Shown here piece by piece: positions 33,235 to 42,215 of a stretch of 64,000 nucleotides of DNA (within the stretch, counting starts at the first letter, position 1; each line of letters begins with the position of its first letter). The DNA is from an uncultured Chloroflexia bacterium. GTDB taxonomy: Bacteria > Chloroflexota > Limnocylindria > QHBO01. The DNA lies in NCBI GenBank assembly GCA_963812115.1, contig CAWEUD010000041.1, positions 1,895 through 65,894 on the forward strand, written 5' to 3'. A program made the position numbers and the translations under genes. A model generated the notes under the pieces. That model saw only the letters and a program-made list of their open reading frames with translations. It was not told the DNA's origin and searched no databases.

Positions 33235-34477
33235 CTAGCCGAGACGCCGGATCGCGGCGCCGAGCTCGCGACCGGGTCGGGTGCGCGGCCAGGTGACCCG
33301 CGGTGCGCCGACGAACGACCGATAGGCCGCGAGCGCAGCGGCCAGGGCCGGGACGAAGTGCGGCTCGTCCATCGGCGCGAAGCCGTCCTCGAACCAGACG
33401 TTGAGGATGCGCAGGTCCGGGCTGGACTTGTCGCGGCGCGGCTCGATGCGGCCCACCAGCCGATCGCCGAACAGGATGGGCAGGACGTAGTAGCCCCAGC
33501 GGCGCTTCGCCGCCGGCACGTAGACCTCCCACACGTAGTCGAAGCCGAACAGGTCGCGCAGCAGTCCGCGATCCCACGACGAACGGGTCGAGCGGGGCCA
33601 GGAAGCTGACCTGCGGCGCCGTCCGGCGAGGGCTCTCGTGACGCCTCGAGGATCGGGAGCTCCTCGGCGGGAACGTAGCGCGTGCCCTTCAGGCCCTCCA
33701 CCTCGACGGGCAGCAGCCGGCCGCTCTCCACCAGCTCCGCCGTCCACCTCCGGCGCTGCGCGACGGAGCCGGTGCCGTAGATGACGTCGGCACGGCCGGA
33801 GGCGTCCATCAGGCCGATCGCCCGGAAGCGACTCCAGAGCCGATGCTTCAGCGCCTCCTCCTCCGGCTCGCGCAGCTCGAGCAGATCGGCCGGAACGAGC
33901 CGCTCGATCAGGTCGTAGTGGCGGCGGCTGCCCGTCACGCCGCGCGATCCCCAGCCGGCCGGTGACGAAGAGCGCCTCCATGACGGCTCGTGCCGCGGGC
34001 GTCGGCGCCCACCACCAGTCGATGGCGTGGTTGTGCTCGCGGAAGGCGGCGGAGGAGAGCGGGCCATCGGTGCCGATGCGCTCCAGGATGGCCTCGGCGA
34101 CGTCGGCCTGGTCGCGCAGCAACCCGTCACGGTAGTGCGCCGCGGCACGCTGCCAGGCCAGCCGGTAGTGCGGCAGCTCGGAGATCGGCAGGATGTTCAG
34201 GCTCTTGTTGTAGAGCTCGATCAGCCGCCGATCCTCGCCGTACAGCCATCGATCCAGCCACTCGCGCCGGTAGCCGGCGATCCGGGCGTGCAGCACGAGG
34301 TCGTGGTTGCGGGCCCCCGGCACCTCGAGCGGATCGAACTGCAGGCTGCCGAGCCGCTCGACCACGTGCAGGACCGATTCCGGCTCCGCCGGCAGGCTGC
34401 GCGGCGGGTCGAGCAGGTGGCGGCGCGACCAGGAAGCGGCGTGCGTGGTCGGCCGAGATGCGGAGCGGCTCGGACAT
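33235..34477 (-). pseudogene. Winged-helix DNA glycosylase YcaQ-like (DUF1006 family) gene, broken by four single-base insertions
   Basis: Protein reconstructed across three frames: MSEPLRISADHARRFLV (ORF 34127..34813) / RRHLLDP..VVERLGSLQFDPLEVPGARNHDLVLHARI..ALFVTGRLGIARR (ORF 33235..34572) / SRRHYDLIERLVPADLL..GTRYVPAEELPILEA (ORF 33033..34148) / VSFLAPLDPFV (first frame again) / WDRGLLRDLFGFDYVWEVYVPAAKRRWGYYVLPILFGDRLVGRIEPR.. Shifts near 34426, 33935, 33616 and 33577, each of the same sign. Confidence 0.8.
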
Positions 34478-34607
34478 GGATGCCGCGGATGGTACCCGCA
34501 GGGGCTTGACAGGCAAGCGGTCCAGGCCCGCAAACTTCGCGGCATGCAAGGCCTGCCCGGCGACCCGCGCACACATCCGCTGGCACGCGGCGGCTCCGCC
34601 GATACCG

Positions 34608-35276
34608 ATGACGCGCGCCCGCCGCTCGCAGCGCATCCAGATCCTGGCGACGGAGCACTGGAACCTGCTGGCGACCCGATCGCTCTCGTGGAGCGAGTCG
34701 TTCAGCCGCGCAGGCATGTTCCTGACCGTGCTGAGCGGCGCGACGGTGGCGCTCGCCCTGGTGGCGCAGGCAACCGCCTTCGGCGAGGGATTCGTCCTGT
34801 TCGCGCTGCTCATCCTGCCGGTGGTGCTGTTCGTGGGCGGCGCGACCTACGTCCGCCTGGTCGAGGTGAACAACGAGGATGTGCACTGGGTCTACGGCAT
34901 GAACCGCCTGCGCCACGCTTACCTGGACATGGAGCCCGACCTGGAGCCCTACTTCGTCACCGGCTACACGGATTCGGACGCTGCCATCATCCGCACCTAC
35001 GGATCCCATGCCACCGGTTCGCCGCTGGCCCATGCCCTGGTCACGACGCCGGCGACGATCGCGTTCGTGAACGCCATGATCGCCGCCGTGCTGGGCGTGG
35101 TCGCGCTGATGCAGTGGTCGATGAGCATGCTGCCGGCGGTTGCCGTCGGTGCCGTGCTGTTCGTGGCGGTCTGCTCGCTGCAGATCTGGTTCAGCGGCTG
35201 CAGCGCGCGCAGCTACCAGCGGGAGCACGCACTGCGCGACCCGGCTGGGGATAGGCCCGCCGACGGGGAGCTCTGA
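34608..35276 (+). CDS. Hypothetical membrane protein (4 TM helices)
   Basis: ATG 34608 (MTRARRSQRIQILATEHWNLL..). Helices FLTVLSGATVALALVAQA, VLFALLILPVVLFVGGA, IAFVNAMIAAVLGVVAL, AVAVGAVLFVAVCSL. Upstream ORF sequence from 33990 is antisense to ycaQ. Confidence 0.55.
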   Translation: MTRARRSQRIQILATEHWNLLATRSLSWSESFSRAGMFLTVLSGATVALALVAQATAFGEGFVLFALLILPVVLFVGGATYVRLVEVNNEDVHWVYGMNRLRHAYLDMEPDLEPYFVTGYTDSDAAIIRTYGSHATGSPLAHALVTTPATIAFVNAMIAAVLGVVALMQWSMSMLPAVAVGAVLFVAVCSLQIWFSGCSARSYQREHALRDPAGDRPADGEL

Positions 35277-35290
35277 CGGTCGCCCATCGG

Positions 35291-35317
35291 CTGGCACTCT
35301 GAATGCCAGAGTGCCAA
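35291..35317 (+). promoter_or_regulatory. CIRCE-like operator no. 2, upstream of dnaJ
   Basis: CTGGCACTC-tgaatgcca-GAGTGCCAA. Perfect 7-bp arms GGCACTC/GAGTGCC with 9-nt spacing, and 3 mismatches to the 18-nt consensus arms. Ends 4 nt before TATAAT. Confidence 0.75.
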
Positions 35318-35321
35318 TCGG

Positions 35322-35327
35322 TATAAT
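35322..35327 (+). promoter_or_regulatory. -10 box TATAAT, 9 nt upstream of the dnaJ ATG (leaderless or near-leaderless dnaJ transcript)
   Basis: cggTATAATcgcgccccaATG. No SD fits between the -10 box and the start codon. Confidence 0.5.
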
Positions 35328-35336
35328 CGCGCCCCA

Positions 35337-36470
35337 ATGGCCGTGAAGCGTGACTACTACGAGGTGCTGGGCGTCTCGCGCGATGCCTCTGACGAGGAGA
35401 TCAAGCGCGCGTTCCGCCGTGCTGCCCAGCGTCACCATCCCGATGTCGACACCAGCGACGGCGCCGAGCAGCGCTTCAAGGAGCTCAACGAGGCGTACCG
35501 CGTGCTCGGTGATCGCCAGCGCCGATCGGCGTACGACATGTTCGGCCACGCCGGCGTCGATTCCGCCAGCGCCGCGGGAGGGTTCGAGGGCTTCGGTGGC
35601 GCCGGCTTCGGGCCGTTCGGCGACATCTTCGACGCCTTCTTCGGCGGCGCGGCGGCCGGATCACGTCAGCGGCGCCGGGTGGTGGCCGGCGCAGACCTGC
35701 GCTACGACCTGACGATCGAGTTCGGCGAGGCGGTCTCGGGCGTCACGCGCGAGATCAGCTTCCCGACGCTGGTGACCTGCGACGTGTGCAGCGGCGCCGG
35801 CGGTGAGCCGGGCACCGAGCCGGAACGCTGCCCGGAGTGCAACGGGACCGGTGAGCGGCGGCGCGTGAGCCAGACGATCCTGGGCCAGATGGTCAACATC
35901 ACCGCCTGCCCGCGCTGTCACGGCGAGGGCCAGGTCGTCTCCGCCCCGTGCCACAACTGCGGCGGCGATGGACGCGTCCGACAGGAACGCACGCTCGAGG
36001 TCCGCGTTCCGGCCGGGATCGACAGCGGCCAGCGCATCGCCATCGAGGGGCAGGGCGAGGCTGGGCCACGCGATGGCCCGTCCGGCGACCTTTACGTCCA
36101 GGTCACCGTGCGCGACCACCCCGAGCTGATGCGGCAGGGGACGGAGCTCTTCTACGAGCTGCCGATTACCTTCGCGCAGGCGGCACTCGGCGCCAAGGTC
36201 GAGGTTCCGACGGTGGAGGGCCGCGAGACGGTCGAGATCGCGCCGGGCACCCAGTCGGGCACCGAGATCAGGCTGCGTGGCGAGGGCGTGCCGAGGCTTC
36301 GCGGATCAGGCCGCGGCGACCTGCACGTGATCGCCACCGTTGTCGTGCCGCCCAAGCTGACGAAGAAGGAGCGCGACCTCCTCAAGCAGCTCGACGAGGT
36401 GAGTGGCCCGGCGGTGCTGCCGAACGCGCGCGAGGGCCTGTTCGACCGCCTGCGCGACATGTTCGGCTAG
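35337..36470 (+). CDS. dnaJ: Molecular chaperone DnaJ
   Basis: J domain DYYEVLGVSRDASDEEIKRAFRRAAQRHHPD. G/F region. Four CxxCxG zinc motifs (CDVCSGAG, CPECNGTG, CPRCHGEG, CHNCGGDG). Confidence 0.94.
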   Translation: MAVKRDYYEVLGVSRDASDEEIKRAFRRAAQRHHPDVDTSDGAEQRFKELNEAYRVLGDRQRRSAYDMFGHAGVDSASAAGGFEGFGGAGFGPFGDIFDAFFGGAAAGSRQRRRVVAGADLRYDLTIEFGEAVSGVTREISFPTLVTCDVCSGAGGEPGTEPERCPECNGTGERRRVSQTILGQMVNITACPRCHGEGQVVSAPCHNCGGDGRVRQERTLEVRVPAGIDSGQRIAIEGQGEAGPRDGPSGDLYVQVTVRDHPELMRQGTELFYELPITFAQAALGAKVEVPTVEGRETVEIAPGTQSGTEIRLRGEGVPRLRGSGRGDLHVIATVVVPPKLTKKERDLLKQLDEVSGPAVLPNAREGLFDRLRDMFG

Positions 36471-36482
36471 CCGGTCCTCGCC

Positions 36483-37388
36483 GTGCGCTGGCTGGAGTTG
36501 ACCGTGGAGGCCGATGTCGAGGCGGTGGAGGCGGTCAGCGAGATCCTTGGTCGCGTTGCGGCGGGCGCCGCGGTTCGGCCGACCCGCCTCATCAGGGACC
36601 CGGCCGACGAGCTCGCCGCTCGCGAGGATCCCACGGCGCCGTACCAGGTGACGGCGCACATCCCGGAGGACGACAGTTCTGGCGCGGCGGTCGAGGCGAC
36701 CGAGCGCGCGCTCTGGCACCTCCAGGCGTTCGGACTGCGACCGGTGGGCGAGCTGCGCGTGGAGGCGGTCGAGGACACTGACTGGACCGAGGGCTGGAAG
36801 GAGGGCTACGTCCCCCAGCGCATCGGGCGGGTGGTGATCGTGCCCTCCTGGCTGGACGAACCGATGGCGCCCGGCGAGGTCGCCGTGCGCCTGGACCCGG
36901 GTATGGCGTTCGGCACCGGCCTGCACCCGACCACCCGCGGCTGCCTGGAGCTCCTGCAGCGGGTGGGACCGATGCCGGCGCGCGTGCTGGACGTCGGCTC
37001 CGGGTCAGGCATCCTCGCGCTGGCCGCCCTCCGGCTGGGCGCCGGACGGGTCCACTGTCTGGACACCGATGCCGTCGCCGTCGATGCCACGCTCGCCAAC
37101 GCCGGCGCCAACGGCCTCGCCGGGCGGGTGACCGCCACCCTCGGCACGCTGCCGCAGCACGCTGCCGAGCGGTTCCCGCTGGTCCTCGCCAACCTGGTGG
37201 CCGCGATCCTGGTCGAGCTGGCGCCGCGGCTGGCGGCCCACGGCGCGCCGGGCGGCACGCTGCTGGCCAGCGGCATCATCACCGCGCGCGCGGACGAGGT
37301 GGTCCAGGCGCTGGCCGGTGCGGGGTTCGCTTTGGCGGAGCGGCTGGACGATGGCGAGTGGGTGTCGCTGCGGATGCTTCGCGCATGA
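36483..37388 (+). CDS. prmA: Ribosomal protein L11 methyltransferase
   Basis: W.ELTV N-terminus, DPGMAFGTGLHPTT, SAM motif VLDVGSGSGILA. Confidence 0.88.
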   Translation: MRWLELTVEADVEAVEAVSEILGRVAAGAAVRPTRLIRDPADELAAREDPTAPYQVTAHIPEDDSSGAAVEATERALWHLQAFGLRPVGELRVEAVEDTDWTEGWKEGYVPQRIGRVVIVPSWLDEPMAPGEVAVRLDPGMAFGTGLHPTTRGCLELLQRVGPMPARVLDVGSGSGILALAALRLGAGRVHCLDTDAVAVDATLANAGANGLAGRVTATLGTLPQHAAERFPLVLANLVAAILVELAPRLAAHGAPGGTLLASGIITARADEVVQALAGAGFALAERLDDGEWVSLRMLRA

Positions 37389-38074
37389 CGCTCCATCGCT
37401 TCTTCGTCCCGGCACACGAGATGGCGGGGCCGCGCTTCCCGCTGCCGGACGGGATCGACTACCAGGTGTCGCGCGTGCTGCGCATGCGGACCGGCGACCG
37501 CTTCATGCTGCTGGACGGTCAAGGCGAAGCGGTCACCGCGCGCCTCCAGGACGGCGAATGCGTGGTGGAGGAACGATCGCCGGCCGGTGGCGAGCCGTCG
37601 CACCGCCTGACGATCTGGCAGGCGCTGTTGCGCGGCGACCACCTGGAACCGGTGATCCGGCACGCCACCGAGATCGGCGCGGCCGAGTTCCGGCTGTTCA
37701 TATCGAAGCGGTGTGTGACCCGCGATCTGTCGCCGAGGCGGCTGGAGCGGCTGCGGACCATCGCCCGCGAGGCGGCCGAGCAGTCGGAGCGGGGGCTCGT
37801 GCCGCCGGTGGTCGAGCCGGTGGCCTACGAGGAGGTGCTGCGGGACGCATCGGTCCTGCTCTACGAGCGGACCAATGGGCCGCGGCTGTCCGAGCTGGAG
37901 GCTCCGGGCGACGTGGTCATCGGGCCGGAAGGAGGCTTCACTCCCGACGAGGTGGCTGCAGCGGAAGGCGCGGGTGTGGGGGTTGCCAGCCTGGGACCGC
38001 GCATCCTGCGCTCGGAGTCCGTGGCCGTGGCGGCCGCGGCGGTCGTCTTGTCGCGGACCGGTGACTTCGCCTAG
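37385..38074 (+). CDS. rsmE: 16S rRNA (uracil1498-N3)-methyltransferase RsmE
   Basis: ATG overlaps the prmA stop (ATGA). MTLHRFFV.., HLEPVIRHATEIGAAEF, EQSERGLVPPV, VVIGPEGGFTPDEV. Confidence 0.85.
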   Translation: MTLHRFFVPAHEMAGPRFPLPDGIDYQVSRVLRMRTGDRFMLLDGQGEAVTARLQDGECVVEERSPAGGEPSHRLTIWQALLRGDHLEPVIRHATEIGAAEFRLFISKRCVTRDLSPRRLERLRTIAREAAEQSERGLVPPVVEPVAYEEVLRDASVLLYERTNGPRLSELEAPGDVVIGPEGGFTPDEVAAAEGAGVGVASLGPRILRSESVAVAAAAVVLSRTGDFA

Positions 38075-38084
38075 GCTCCCCGAC

Positions 38085-38435
38085 ATGGCCGACTACGAAC
38101 CCGACTGCCTGTTCTGCCGGATCGCGGCGGGCGAGATCCCGTCGGACAAGGTGCACGAGGATGACGCCGTCGTGGTATTCCGCGACGTCAACCCGCGCGC
38201 CCCAACTCACGTGCTGGCCGTTCCGCGGCGTCACATCGCGTCAGCGGCCGAGCTCAGGGAGGGGGACGGCGACCTGCTGAGCGCGCTGTTCGGCGCGCTG
38301 AACAGGTTTGCGCGGCAGGCGGGACTCTCGGGGTTCCGTATCGTGACGAACGTCGGTCCGGAGTCGGGCCAGAGCGTCTTCCACCTGCACTTCCATCTCC
38401 TCGGTGGCAGGCCGATGTCCTGGCCCCCGGGCTGA
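38085..38435 (+). CDS. HIT-family (histidine triad) nucleotide hydrolase
   Basis: CLFCRIAAGEIPS, PRAPTHVLAVPRRH, histidine triad VFHLHFHLLGG. Confidence 0.9.
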   Translation: MADYEPDCLFCRIAAGEIPSDKVHEDDAVVVFRDVNPRAPTHVLAVPRRHIASAAELREGDGDLLSALFGALNRFARQAGLSGFRIVTNVGPESGQSVFHLHFHLLGGRPMSWPPG

Positions 38436-38611
38436 TGCGGGCTCACGACGTCCGGCAGCTGCGAGGGGTGGTCACCGCCGATGCCTACGACGACGCCGTT
38501 GCCTACTGCCGCGACGTCCTGGGCGCCGGGCGAGCGACGCTGGAGGTCGCGGACCGCGCGGCAGTGGCAGCCACTCGCTGCTGCGTTGACCCTCCCGACC
38601 CGCGCTGCTAG
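38435..38611 (+). pseudogene. 58-codon remnant of a VOC (glyoxalase/bleomycin-resistance fold) gene
   Basis: ATG overlaps the HIT stop (TGATG). MRAHDVRQLRGVVTADAYDDAVAYCRDVLGAGRATLEVAD.. resembles the first beta-alpha-beta-beta-beta module of VOC proteins but is far too short and looks internally deleted. Ends at the TAG that is part of the rpsU -10 box. Confidence 0.35.
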
Positions 38612-38614
38612 ACT
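38586..38614 (+). promoter_or_regulatory. Candidate rpsU promoter (TTGACC-17 nt-TAGACT)
   Basis: TTGACC 38586-38591, 17-nt spacer, TAGACT 38609-38614, about 100 nt upstream of the rpsU start. Confidence 0.55.
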
Positions 38615-38715
38615 CCGCGGGCTTGCGTGCCCGGCTGGCGCGTGGTGGGCCTGTGCCCGCCCATCAGTCAACCGAATCACGGCACGACTACGAAGGCAGA
38701 GAGGAGGCGAGACGT

Positions 38716-38895
38716 TTGGCAGAGGTCCGCGTGGGCGAGAACGAATCGTTCGAGAGCGCGCTGCGCCGCTTCAACAAGAAGATCCAGCAGTCGGGAATCC
38801 TGGCTGAGGCACGGCGACGCGAGCACTACGAGAAGCCCAGCGTGAAGCGTAAGCGCAAGGAAGCCAAGAAGCGGAAGTCGACTTCCCGCGCTTAG
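38716..38895 (+). CDS. rpsU: 30S ribosomal protein S21 (TTG start)
   Basis: GAGGAGG lies 8 nt upstream of TTG 38716. (L)[53 protein letters not shown]. Confidence 0.88.
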   Translation: MAEVRVGENESFESALRRFNKKIQQSGILAEARRREHYEKPSVKRKRKEAKKRKSTSRA

Positions 38896-38975
38896 TTCGC
38901 CAGACGCTCACTCCATCCCGCGGGCCCGGTCGATTGGTCGAATGACTGGCCGATGCGCCCGCCGACAATGAACCC

Positions 38976-39425
38976 ATGACGCTCCAGACGCGAGTCGAGT
39001 CTGCCATGCGCGACGCCATGCGCGCCCGCGACAGCCTGCGCACGTCCACGCTGCGCATGGCGATGGCCGCTGCCCACAACCGCCAGATCGAGCTGGGGCG
39101 TTCGCTGAGCGACGAGGATATGGTCGACGTGCTCACGCGCCAGGTGAAGCAGCGACGCGAGTCGATCGAGCAGTTCCGGGCCGGCGGGCGCGAGGAGAAG
39201 GCACAGACCGAGGAGGCGGAGGCTGCCATCCTGGTGGAGTTCCTTCCCCGGCAGATGAGCCCCGCAGAGCTCGATGCGGCGGTCGCACAGGCGGTGGCAG
39301 AGACCGGCGCAAGCGGCCAGGCCGACATGGGCCGGGTGATGGGCGTCCTCATGCCGCGGATCAAGGGAAGGGCCGACGGCAAGGCCGTTTCGGAGACTGT
39401 CCGGCGTCGCCTGGGGACGGCTTGA
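38976..39425 (+). CDS. yqeY: GatB/YqeY domain-containing protein
   Basis: L..R...AM..AMRARD..R..TLRM..AA..N..IE.. typical YqeY N-terminus; QFRAGGREE..EAAILVEFLP; GKAVSETVRRRL. Confidence 0.85.
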   Translation: MTLQTRVESAMRDAMRARDSLRTSTLRMAMAAAHNRQIELGRSLSDEDMVDVLTRQVKQRRESIEQFRAGGREEKAQTEEAEAAILVEFLPRQMSPAELDAAVAQAVAETGASGQADMGRVMGVLMPRIKGRADGKAVSETVRRRLGTA

Positions 39426-41542
39426 CGATGTTCATCCCACGCACCCTGACGGAGACCGAGGGCGGGCGTGGTCGCGGCCCCTGGGTCCGAGCGCTCATCG
39501 TTGGCGTCCTGCTGGCGATCGCGCTGTGGCTGATCACCAGCGTCTCGATCGTCAGCGGCACGGCGGACTACGAAGTCGGCGATATCCCGCAGACGGACAT
39601 TCGCGCGCCAGCGACGAGGAGCTTCGTCTCACAGTCGCAGACCGACGAGCTGCGTGCGGAGGCGGCCGCGGAGGTCCAGCCGATCTACGTCCCGATCGAG
39701 CCGCGCGCTGACATCCGAGACGCGCGAGTGCGGGCCTACGACTCGGTGGCGCGGACCATCACCAACGTCCTGAGCCGACGTGACAGTGGCCGGCTGTCCC
39801 AGGAGGACGTGCCGGCCGAGCTGGAGCGAGTGGCGCCCCAGCTGACCGCGACGCAGCGCGGACAGCTGGCCACCATGGCGCTCGGCACCTGGGAGGCGGT
39901 GGCGGATGCCGGCCGGGAGGTCCTGCAGGACGCCATGTCGGGACGCGTTCGCGAGGACGATCTCTCCGACGTTCGTGCCGAGGCGCGGTCGAACATCACC
40001 AACGAGCTGGCCCCGGAGCAGCGCGAACTGGCCGGCGACCTCGCAGCCGCTCAGGTGGTGCCAAACGAGGAGTTCTCCGCGACCGAGACCGACGCCGCAC
40101 GGGCCGCCGCCCGGGAGTCCGTCGAGGACGTGGTGGTGACGGTTCGCCAGGGCGAGAACGTGGCGCGCAGTGGCGAGCCGGTCACCGCCCTCGCCATCGA
40201 GAAGCTCGACGCGCTCGGGCTCACCGGCCAGCGTCCGGCCACGTCCACGCTGGCCGGCAACGCGCTCATCGCGGTCATCGTGGCCACGCTCCTGGTCAGC
40301 TTCATGTGGCGCTTCGAGCCGAAGATCTGGTTCCGGAACCGGTCGCTGCTGCTGTTCGCGCTTGCGTTGCTGGCGACCACCGTCGCGATGCGCATCTCAG
40401 CCGACCGAACGCTCTGGACCTATGTGGTCCCCAGCGCGGCAACCGTGCTGCTGGTCGCGATCCTGCTCGAGGGCGCGGCGGGTGCGGCCATGGCCGTGAC
40501 GCTTGCCGTGCTTGCCGGGATCATGAACCGCGAGGCCCTGGAGCCGGCGATCTATACGCTGGCCGGCGGGATCGCCGCGCTGACCGCGATCGTTCGCGCC
40601 GAGCGGCTCAATGCGTTCCTGCGGACCGGCCTGGTGCTCGCCGCCACGAACGTCGGCGTGCTGCTCGCCTTCGCCCTCCTGGAGCAGCGCGACGTGGCGG
40701 CGATGCTGCAGGGTATCGCCGCCGGATCGGTCAACGGCGCGCTCGCGGTGGTGCTCGCCGTTGGATCGTTCGCGGTGGTCAGCAACGTGTTCGGGATCAT
40801 GACCGTCTTCCAGCTGCTGGAGCTGGCCAACCCCTCGTCCCGGCTGCTGCGGCGGCTGCTGCTCGAGACCCCCGGCACGTACCACCACAGCGTGATGGTG
40901 GGTAATCTCGCGGAACGCGCCGCGGAGACCATCGGGGCCGATCCGCTGCTGGCCCGCGTCGCGGCCTACTACCACGACATCGGCAAGATGAAGAATCCCC
41001 TCGCCTTCATCGAGAACCAGGCCGGCGCGCGCAACATCCACGACGACCTGAGCGCCGAGGTGAGCGCCCGCATCATCGCCAGTCACATCAGGGACGGGAT
41101 CGACCTGGGCTACGAGCACGGGTTGCCGGTCCAGATCATCGGCTTCATTCCGCAGCATCACGGCTCGAGCGTGATGAGCTACTTCTACGGCAAGGCGCTG
41201 CGCGAGGTCGGCGGCAAGACGGAGCTCGTCAACAAGGACACCTTCCGCTATCCGGGCCCGAAGCCGCAGAGCCGCGAGGCGGCGATCCTGATGCTGGCCG
41301 ACGGCGTGGAGGCATCGGTCCGCTCGCTCGACGACAAGGACGAGGCGAGCATCCGGGCCATGGTCGACCGCATCGTCGACGCGCGGGTCGAGGACGGACA
41401 GCTCGACGACGCGGAGCTGACGCTGAAGAACCTCGCGCAGATCAAGGAGGCGTTCGTCCAGCAGCTGCTCGGCATGTACCACAGCCGGATCAAGTACCCC
41501 GACAACGTGGTCCCGATCGAGCAGCGTTCGCAGCAGGCCTGA
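39422..41542 (+). CDS. pgpH: 7TM-receptor/HD-domain phosphohydrolase (PgpH/YqfF family, cyclic-di-AMP phosphodiesterase-like)
   Basis: N-terminal TM plus extracellular domain, seven TM helices (40300-40830), HD domain HHSVMVGNLAE..YYHDIGK..IIASHIRDG..IPQHHG. Start TTG 39422 or ATG 39428. Confidence 0.85.
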   Translation: MTMFIPRTLTETEGGRGRGPWVRALIVGVLLAIALWLITSVSIVSGTADYEVGDIPQTDIRAPATRSFVSQSQTDELRAEAAAEVQPIYVPIEPRADIRDARVRAYDSVARTITNVLSRRDSGRLSQEDVPAELERVAPQLTATQRGQLATMALGTWEAVADAGREVLQDAMSGRVREDDLSDVRAEARSNITNELAPEQRELAGDLAAAQVVPNEEFSATETDAARAAARESVEDVVVTVRQGENVARSGEPVTALAIEKLDALGLTGQRPATSTLAGNALIAVIVATLLVSFMWRFEPKIWFRNRSLLLFALALLATTVAMRISADRTLWTYVVPSAATVLLVAILLEGAAGAAMAVTLAVLAGIMNREALEPAIYTLAGGIAALTAIVRAERLNAFLRTGLVLAATNVGVLLAFALLEQRDVAAMLQGIAAGSVNGALAVVLAVGSFAVVSNVFGIMTVFQLLELANPSSRLLRRLLLETPGTYHHSVMVGNLAERAAETIGADPLLARVAAYYHDIGKMKNPLAFIENQAGARNIHDDLSAEVSARIIASHIRDGIDLGYEHGLPVQIIGFIPQHHGSSVMSYFYGKALREVGGKTELVNKDTFRYPGPKPQSREAAILMLADGVEASVRSLDDKDEASIRAMVDRIVDARVEDGQLDDAELTLKNLAQIKEAFVQQLLGMYHSRIKYPDNVVPIEQRSQQA

Positions 41543-41580
41543 GCCGATACCGGCCAATTCGTCTTGAGCCCCCGCACGGG

Positions 41581-42189
41581 GTGCCCTACGATGGGCGAGG
41601 CATGGGCTGCAGCGTCACGTTCCACGATCACGTCGGGCGGGAGCAGGTCGAGGCTGCCATCGAGCCGATGACGATGGACGGCCTCCATGAGCTGCTCGAA
41701 TCGGCGGTCGCGGAGACGGCGCGCGCCGCCATCGGCGATCGCGAGATCGAGGTGGAGATCACGCTCTGCGCCGATGCCGAGATGGTTCACCTCAACTTCG
41801 ACCACATGGGCGAGCGCCAACCGACCGACGTGCTCGCCTTTCCGCTGCACGAGTGGGTGATCGAGGGACGCCACTCCCAGCTCGCCGATGACGACGGCTA
41901 CGGCCCGCCGGGCCCGCTGCTGCTCGGCGACGTCGTGCTCGACATCGACCAGGCCGTGCGGCAGGCCTCGGAGGGGCGCTGGAGCGTTGCCGAGGAGCTT
42001 GCCATGCTGACCATCCACGGCTGCCTGCACCTCGTCGGCCATGACCACGCGGAGATGGACGAGGAGCAGGCGATGCGCGCCATCGAGCACTCGGTGCTCG
42101 GCACCCTGCACCGGCGGTACCGGGAGGTCGACTGGCAGCCGGGATCGCTCTTCGATCGCACCGGTCACGCGGTCTCGACCGGGAGCTGA
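41581..42189 (+). CDS. ybeY: rRNA maturation endoribonuclease YbeY
   Basis: TDVLAFPL and zinc motif HGCLHLVGHDH. Longer than typical (202 aa as drawn); the start may be ATG 41602. Confidence 0.85.
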   Translation: MPYDGRGMGCSVTFHDHVGREQVEAAIEPMTMDGLHELLESAVAETARAAIGDREIEVEITLCADAEMVHLNFDHMGERQPTDVLAFPLHEWVIEGRHSQLADDDGYGPPGPLLLGDVVLDIDQAVRQASEGRWSVAEELAMLTIHGCLHLVGHDHAEMDEEQAMRAIEHSVLGTLHRRYREVDWQPGSLFDRTGHAVSTGS

Positions 42190-42206
42190 CCCGGCTCGGC
42201 GCCGGG
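42190..42206. terminator. Possible bidirectional terminator hairpin between convergent ybeY and the sigma-like gene
   Basis: cccggc-tcggc-gccggg (6-bp GC stem) within the 26-nt gap. No U-tract. Confidence 0.3.
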
Positions 42207-42215
42207 CCGCGACCG

